DNA of 5,716 nucleotides, from NCBI GenBank assembly GCA_001600695.1, contig BCKQ01000036.1:17543-23258 (forward strand), given 5' to 3'. Each line of letters starts with the position of its first letter. The stretch's first letter is position 1. The DNA is from Ascoidea asiatica JCM 7603 (taxonomy: Eukaryota > Fungi > Ascomycota). Under the pieces are notes generated by a model, which did not search any database, had not been told where the DNA came from, and saw only the letters and a list, made by a program, of their open reading frames with translations. A program made the translations under genes and the position numbers. Below, in pieces: positions 1 through 5,716 of the stretch.

Positions 1-64
1 AACATTTTGGAACTGAACTCCTTTTGGTAATTGCATAAAGTTCCTTCTTCTTCTATTATATGGC

Positions 65-824
65 TCATTACTTATTCGTCATTGCTTGTTCTTCATTACT
101 TTTACCCCCTTAGTAAGTAAGCAAATTAACCCTCTGAAATAGAAAAAACTCTTGAATAAAGATTTATTTATTTGCCTCCATTAAATAACATCCTTTGCAA
201 TAACACGTGCTCAGCGCTAGGTATATCTGGTCCTGCTCAGTAACTTCTATATCTAGACAAGTATCACAAATACTTACAGTCTGATTTATACACGCAAATA
301 AACAAGTGGATAATTTTTTATGTCGCAGTGATTTTTAATTTATTTTGTTTACCAGATCCGACTTCCTGCTTTTATTTGATGTTTATTTGGGAAAATATCA
401 AACAGGTAAGTAAATATGAAAATGGGTTGGTATCTGTGCTACCCACAGTCCTTAATGTGCACGCATGAAGTTGTTTACCTTATTGTTAATGTCGCACTCA
501 ATTTCTTTAAAGCATTGTAAACGTGGAACTGTTTGGTAATTTGTGTGACACGTCAGTATTGAAATTACTCACAGACTCAATTGTTCCCTACTGCTTTAAT
601 GCTCTTCGTTTTTGTGTCGTATTTTCGATTAATTTGAAAACTTCCAAGTTTTTAAAGGTTAAAAATGTTGTGAAATTGAAATTGATATCAATTTTTAAAT
701 ATTCTTACAATTGATAAGGTTATTGAAAAGCTTTGGGATATTTAAACAACTTGGAATAACTTTTAAGATATAAAATTGCAGATTATAATAAATCTGTAAT
801 CTAATACTGGTAAGTAATTATCAT
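65..824 (-). pseudogene. Possible second minus-strand gene or relic containing a CxxC-x19-CxxC motif
   Basis: ATG at 824 opens 108 codons to TGA at 500-498 if six TAR codons are read through (MIITYQY*ITDLL*SAILYLKSYSKLFKYPKAFQ*PYQL*EYLKIDINFNFTTFLTFKNLEVFKLIENTTQKRRALKQ*GT...). A neighbouring frame continues VPRLQCFKEIECDINNKVNNFMRAH...ICDTCLDIEVTEQDQIYLALSTCYCKGCYLMEANK. Plus frame 1 (1-468) also lacks TGA, so the strand is uncertain. Confidence 0.3.
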
Positions 825-849
825 TCTACATCAGTATGAGAATTACTTA
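811..849. other. Imperfect inverted repeat / hairpin (17-bp arms, 15 matches, 5-nt loop)
   Basis: TAAGTAATTATCATTCT-ACATC-AGTATGAGAATTACTTA; the right arm reverse-complements to TAAGTAATTCTCATACT. Confidence 0.7.
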
Positions 850-1079
850 TATTCCAGATTCTGCACGCATTCAGAAATCGTCCTATTTAATCAGTCGTAT
901 TAGTTTTAATTATTATGCATTTTTTAAAAGATTATTATATATTTTTATTGAAAAACTGTAGATGATATGAAATATTAATGAATATAAATATAAATATATA
1001 AGTTCATCAAAATTTTTATATGGTAGAATAAAATGTTCTACTTCTATTTGTAAATTATTACTTTTGAAAGTGATTAATG

Positions 1080-2059
1080 CTACCTTTTGCTTTTGATTCT
1101 TGTTCTTGTATTTGGTTTAGTGTGACCATTTGTTTCTGAACTTGAATCTGGATCTGAATTATATAAATCACCGCTTGATGATACCTTTTTCGTATCTTTA
1201 GATTTATTTCTAATGGTAGACTTAATATTGGATTTAATATTAGATTGGATAATATTTCCTGGTTTAGTTGTAACAGTAGAAAAACTATTCTTTGCCAAAT
1301 TATTCAGTGTATTAATTTTTTTTGCAATATTAGAAGTTCCATTTTGTTTGATATTCTTGATTTTTATTTTACTCTGAGAAATTTTAGTACCTACATTTCG
1401 TCCACCATTAACTGCAATCTTTTTTTGAACTGGTTTTTTCACATTTAATTTTGACGCTGTAGAATTAGAACTCTTTTCAGGCATTTTATTTAATTGAGTG
1501 TGTGAAAGTGGGGTTGTAGAAGTGGTTGAATGTAATGGTTTTGTTGTAGGAATTGTTTTTTCATTTTTATATTTGATGTTATTGTTTTTATTAGTGCTCA
1601 CTGAAGTACTTAATTTGGGTTTCAAATCTGGCTTAGTGTTTAGATTTGAATTTGAATTTGAATTTGAAATTGAATTTGAATTTGAGTCTGATTTAGAGTC
1701 TGAATCTGATCCAGAACTCGAACTAGAATCAGTATCAGAAGCACTAGATCCAAGTGAGGAATTGATAAAGAATCTGAATCTGATTCTGAATCTGATTCTG
1801 AATCTGATTCTGATCCAGAAGTTGAGCTAGAATTTGATCCTGAACTAGAACCAGAACTTGATCTTGATCTTGATTTTAAAAGTAATCTTGAAGGAAAAAT
1901 GTTTTTAGATTCTGTTTTGACTATTACTGCAGTTTGTTTAGTCAAATGTGAAATTTGTTTACTCAGAAATGATGGTCGTTTAGCCCTTAAATTTCCACTT
2001 AATTTAGAAATTAATTTTTTATCATTTTCTGTAATTTTTGAATCAAAAATTTTTTTTTT
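1080..2059 (-). CDS. Stop-free low-complexity C-terminal region (~325 codons), split by one 1-nt frameshift near 1765
   Basis: The frame of ORF 1640..1945 is open upstream to 2059 (KKKIFDSKITENDKKLISKLSGNLRAKRPSFLSKQISHLTKQT...). After SESDSESDSDS the Ser-rich text continues in the frame of ORF 1080..1625 (NSSLGSSASDTDSSSSSGSDSDSKSDSNSNSISNSNSNSNLNTKPDLKPKLSTS...). Both predicted starts are internal TTG codons. Confidence 0.7.
1644..1875. repeat. 6-nt-period coding repeat tract: (GAATTT)n, (GAATCT/GATTCT)n, (GATCTT)n
   Basis: Seen directly: GAATTT array ~1644-1685, GAATCTGATTCT array ~1770-1814, GATCTT array ~1860-1875. On the minus strand these encode (SN)n, (SESD)n and (SR)n. Confidence 0.9.
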
Positions 2060-2507
2060 TTAGCTGCAATAGAATTTTTTAAAGAACCTCATTGATTTAA
2101 AGCTTCATTGAAAAATTCATTATATATGAACTTTTATAAATTAAAATTTTATTTTGATTTTTATTTATGTTATTTATTTTCTTTTAAATTTGTATTTAAA
2201 TCTGAATGAAAATCTACTGGAAAATTTGAAAGTAAATTTACTTGTAATTGATTAGTTATAACATTAAAAATATTTATATTACTGATATTCTTGTCATTCT
2301 GATTAAGAATTGAATTTGAATTTTAGTTTGAAATGGAATTTGAAATAAATTTAACAGTTTTGAAAATAACTATATCAGGAATAGAAAAATCAGATGAAAA
2401 ATTCTTTAATTGATCAATTTTCAAAGTTTCATTATCTTCTGATAATTCTTTTTACTTTTTTATTGTTTATTCTTTTATTATTATTGTTATAATAAGTGAG
2501 TTTTCAT

Positions 2508-2692
2508 ACAATTTCAAGGACAATTCCATTTCGGGAAACTCTCCTCGGGTTTATAAGTCGGAACACAAGGATGCTCGTGATCAAAATTGCAATCCGGCTT
2601 TTTATTTCCCTTTTCATTTTTATTTCGATCACAGCTCCAGAAATTTAAATATTTTCATTATTTATTTTCTCAAGGTCACATGACTGAAAGAA
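2508..2692 (-). other. PHD-like (or zf-CW-like) Cys/His zinc-finger coding segment, degenerate
   Basis: Translation: FWSCDRNKNEKGNKKPDCNFDHEHPCVPTYKPEESFPKWNCP*NC. The xCD...C...H..C...P....WxCPxC layout resembles PHD fingers, but His-Cys and final Cys spacings are non-canonical. The first Cys pair is either TF(F)QSCD in a neighbouring frame or VM*P* (two TGA) in the same frame. Confidence 0.45.
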
Positions 2693-3477
2693 GGTCTCTA
2701 TTTTTATTTTATATCACTTGCAGGAACCAATAAACCTCTAAAATCCATTATTATGTTAAAATGTTTTATTTGAAGTAAAATGAGGAGTTTGAATCTGTAT
2801 TTTATAAATTTTTTGTAAATATACCAACTGATCCTTCTTTTGATAATTCATTAATATTTCCAGAATCATTATTATCACCATCTCTAGATTTTTCAAATTC
2901 TTTACATGATGATAAATATGAAATCTTTGGTAATTCCTAGATACTTAAATACTTATGTAGATAGATAAATAGAAAACTTTTCCATTTTTTTCAGTCACAA
3001 AATACAACCTGAAGAATTACAAAAGGAAGCTGAAGGATTTAATGATAATGATTTATTATAAATATCTCTCTCTGTTCTGTATCATAAATGACTATTTCTT
3101 TATAAAACAATAATATTTAAAGAAATGATTATGACTTTTGCTTCATTTTTGATGATTCTCTCATTTTATTACTATTGTAAATATCTCTTATAACTTGATC
3201 CATTTCCATTTCTCTCTCTTTTGATTAATATAATCTCCATTGATGAAGATTTATTATTAATTGAATCATTAAAAAGCCAATAATTTTAATTTTAATGTTA
3301 TTTAAATGTCATTTAAATGTTATTTCTAATAAAGTTAATAAAAATTTAAAAAATAATAATTTGATCACGTAATAAAAGTAATTATTGATAAACTTTTTAA
3401 TACTTAAATCATTTTTTGAATATTGAGTAAATTGTAAAAACTATCTCATTCTTACTCAATTTATTTTCTTCAATTCA

Positions 3478-3500
3478 TTTTTATTTTATTTTATTTTATT
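3478..3500. repeat. (TTTTA)n pentanucleotide microsatellite, 4-5 units
   Basis: TTTTTATTTTATTTTATTTTATT seen directly. Confidence 0.6.
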
Positions 3501-3833
3501 ATTCCTCAAATTCTTCAATCTTATCAAAATCATTCATTATCATTTATTATCAATAATCTCATCTCGTTTAACTTTCAAAATGAATTTTAAATACAAAATT
3601 CTTGAATATTTCCCTTTTTTTTAAACAAATCTCAAACGGTTTTTTTTTTTCAAACTTATCTATATTCTAATTAAATCTTACTAAATCTTAAAAAGACAAG
3701 AAAGTAATCAAATTAAAAAAACTTCTATTAGAAAATATAGAAAATATTATCAAAAAAAATATTATACTCTATTATACTTGAATTTAAAAGAAAACAAAAT
3801 TGTACTTCATCATAAATAATGAATAAATCTTTA

Positions 3834-4138
3834 AATCCAAAATAATCTTATAGTTAAAGAACTGCATCAACCATTTAAAGTAATTTAAGCTAAGAGCCAA
3901 TAAAAAAGACAACATGATGAAAATAGCACTTTAGAAGAAGAGCTTGAAGAATCTTATAAGCTAGCAAAGTTACTTAATTTCATTCTTTAAAAAAATTCAA
4001 AAGCTTCAAAGATATTAATTCAATGATTTTAAGACCTATGTTTTGAAATTAAATTCTCATTCATTGAATTTCCAGACCATGGGTTTATATCTGAAGTAGC
4101 TAAAATAGTTATCATTATATTAAATCTATTTCTTAAAA
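3834..4138 (+). repeat. Direct repeat copy 1 (~300 bp)
   Basis: Aligns to 4305-4616. Shared anchors: AGAACTGCATCAACCA (3858/4348), TGAAAATAGCAC, TATAAGCTAG, AAAAAAATTCAAAAGCTTCAA, CTATGTTTTGAAATT, CTGAAGTAG, TTAAATCTATTT. Confidence 0.95.
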
Positions 4139-4304
4139 TTGCAGAGAATATCACTTTAAAAAATCATCTATTAGGATACCCATTCATTTTTTCAATTTAT
4201 TATTCACTTAAAACTATTGATTACATTGAATAATCAAAAGATTAGTATAAAGGAATAGAGAAATTCTTATTAACACTGAAGTAGGTTTTATGTCAATAAT
4301 ATTG

Positions 4305-4616
4305 GAATCCAAGATAATCTCATGGCTGGTAGTTTAGCAGTAGTTGTAGAACTGCATCAACCACTTAAAGTAATTCAAACTAAGAGTCGATAATACAAGA
4401 TGTTGAAAATAGCACATTAAAAGAAGAACTGGAAGAATTTTATAAGCTAGTTACTTAATTTAATTTTTTAAAAAAATTCAAAAGCTTCAATGATATTAAT
4501 TCAAAGATTTTCAATATCTATGTTTTGAAATTGTATTTTTATTGATTGAATTTCTAGACCATTTATAACTGAAGTAGATAAAATAATGATAATTAGATTA
4601 AATCTATTTTTAAAAA
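4305..4616 (+). repeat. Direct repeat copy 2 (~310 bp, roughly 80% identical by eye, several small indels)
   Basis: Same anchors at an offset of ~480-490 nt. It has an ~18-nt segment near 4323-4340 that copy 1 lacks, and frame-breaking deletions near 4395, 4450 and 4562. Confidence 0.95.
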
Positions 4617-5716
4617 GAACAATAAAAGATTCATTAATTTTTTTTAGATGAAACAACCTGCTTCAAAAAAATAATTTTGATCAATGAATTTAAAGGATAT
4701 TCGTAATTGGGAGAGAAAAATCCAATAAGTTATGAATTAAATAATCTAAAAGCCAGATTTCCATCTAATAACATAAAGGATTTTATGGAATTATATCTTA
4801 AATTAGTAAATTCAATGAATCCATTTGTATATCTTTTAATCTTAAAATGATAAATTTAAAGGAAAAAAACAGCTTTAAGTATTCACTAATTTAATTGAAT
4901 TTCCCGGTGATAGTTTAATAATTTTTATTATTATAAGCTCATATGGTGTTGAATCATATTTAAATATAATTTAAAGCAGCAATTAGAGATAAGACATTTC
5001 TAAATTTACTTATTAAATGAAATTATTTGGGAAAAAATAACCTAAGATAAATATGAATTTGATGTAAAAGATCAAAGATTATGTTAAGAAACTGGAATGC
5101 TATTTAGTAAAATCCAAAGCTGTCATTGGAGTAGATACAATAATTAATATATTGGCTTGAATTGAATTGGTTGGCATTCTCTGATAGTTATTTGAAAAAA
5201 ATTACCTTTCATTGTTTTAGGAACTGTACTCTAATTTCACTATTATAAGTAGTGATATTAGATTGTATAATGGTATTAGCTATAGCTTAAATTAGGATAT
5301 AAGAAGCAATGATTAATGTTATTTGAGTCAACAAATTAAAAATTATAAATAAAATATAATTGCCAGATTTTTAATTTAACTTAGGGATACAATAAAGATA
5401 AATTTTGGATAATGTTGATATAAATTGCATTTAATTAATTTTTCAAAAATTAGGGGATGATTATTTTGAGATGATATCAAACGATTATAATATTTAAATT
5501 TTAAGTTTTATGCTAATTTATGAAGCTTTGAAGAATTGAATTATACTTGAACTTAGAATTCAATATCATAATAGAAGAAATGATAATCATTGTTATTTTA
5601 ATCATAAAAATCAAAATTGAGCAGATAAATTAATATTGAAAGAAGTATAAATATTGGAATCTTTAATTAATTCAGGAAAATCTTAACCATAAATTAAGAA
5701 TTAAACATGTTCTAGT

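Larger units (their letters stand above)
1080..3540 (-). pseudogene. Large interrupted gene (pseudogene, or non-standard-code gene with indel errors): propeller-like segment, PHD/CW-like zinc finger, Ser/Lys-rich disordered C-terminus
   Basis: Manual translation of the minus strand gives consecutive protein-like blocks: MNDFDKIEEFEE (~3537), SKEREMEMDQVIRDIYNSNKMRESSK (~3220-3150), KEIVIYDTEQREI / LNPSASFCNSSGCI / VTEKNGKVFYLS (~3100-2960), ELPKISYLSSCKEFEKSRDGDNNDSGNINELSKEGSVGIF (~2936-2817), the Cys/His finger (2640-2508), KELSEDNETLKIDQLKNFSSDFSIPDIVIF...KFIYNEFFNEALNQ*GSLKNSIAAKKKK (2451-2050), then the tail to TAG at 1082-1080. Blocks are joined by 1-nt shifts and contain in-frame stops. 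The 5' boundary is uncertain. Confidence 0.6.
3781..5418 (+). pseudogene. Interrupted plus-strand coding relic of unknown product
   Basis: Frame 1 reads VKELHQPFKVI*AKSQ*KRQHDENSTLEEELEESYKLAKLLNFIL*KNSKASKILIQ*F*DLCFEIKFSFIEFPDHGFISEVAKIV..., stop-free for 66 codons at 4033-4230. Later blocks: GEKNPISYELNNLKARFPSNNIKDFMELYLKLVNSMNPF (~4710-4826) and KIKDYVKKLECYLVKSKAVIGVDTIINILA (5068-5157). No family recognised; boundaries approximate. Confidence 0.45.

Noticed and set aside
523-714. Plus-strand ORF, 63 aa
   Set aside because: GTG start, no motif, and probably the shadow of the minus frame 824-498.
1245-1448. Plus-strand ORF, 67 aa
   Set aside because: Lies wholly antisense to ORF 1080..1625 and has an off-frame-like composition.
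1640-1765. C-terminus IPHLDLVLLILILVRV...QIQIQI of ORF 1640..1945 as a transmembrane segment
   Set aside because: Out-of-frame reading after the ~1765 shift; the Ser-rich text continues in the adjacent frame.
1498-1830. Plus-strand ORF, 110 aa (FEFEFE...LNLIL)
   Set aside because: Antisense shadow of the Ser-repeat coding strand; the 6-nt repeats keep it open.
1644-1875. CRISPR array or telomeric repeat
   Set aside because: No unique spacers or telomere-type units; it is a coding microsatellite.
2704-2807. Euplotes-type +1 frameshifting at TTA-TAA, TTT-TAA and AAA-TAA with TGA=Cys (would give VMCPC at the finger start)
   Set aside because: Locally attractive, but other TAA are passed without a frame change and the downstream shifts are in the -1 direction; such motifs are common in AT-rich DNA.
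3294-3325. About three copies of an 11-mer (AAATGTYATTT) with a CATTTAAATG palindrome
   Set aside because: Short and almost pure AT; probably local slippage.
4628-4652. DSLIFLDE Walker-B-like motif
   Set aside because: Requires deleting a base and no Walker A motif was found.
688-5620. AAAATTGA mimivirus early-promoter motif (minus 688-695 and 2414-2421, plus 5613-5620) and giant-virus origin
   Set aside because: Expected by chance at this AT content, not placed upstream of clear starts, and no viral hallmark gene is present.

Overview
Very AT-rich, probably eukaryotic (protist-like) DNA with no intact recognisable gene under the standard code. Almost the whole window still reads as protein-like sequence broken by in-frame stops and 1-nt indels. 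(i) A minus-strand relic at ~65-824 contains a CxxC-x19-CxxC motif. (ii) A long minus-strand gene or relic at ~3540->1080 has a beta-propeller-like blade, a PHD/CW-like Cys/His finger and a long Ser/Asp/Asn- then Lys-rich disordered tail; the supplied ORFs 1640..1945 and 1080..1625 are two halves of this tail. (iii) A divergent plus-strand relic at ~3780-5420 carries a diverged ~300-bp internal direct duplication. The main open question is whether the many in-frame TAA/TAG codons are sense codons (TAR=Gln, possibly also TGA=Trp), pseudogene lesions, or accompany assembly errors. No RNA genes, CRISPR arrays or recognisable transposase/RT were found.
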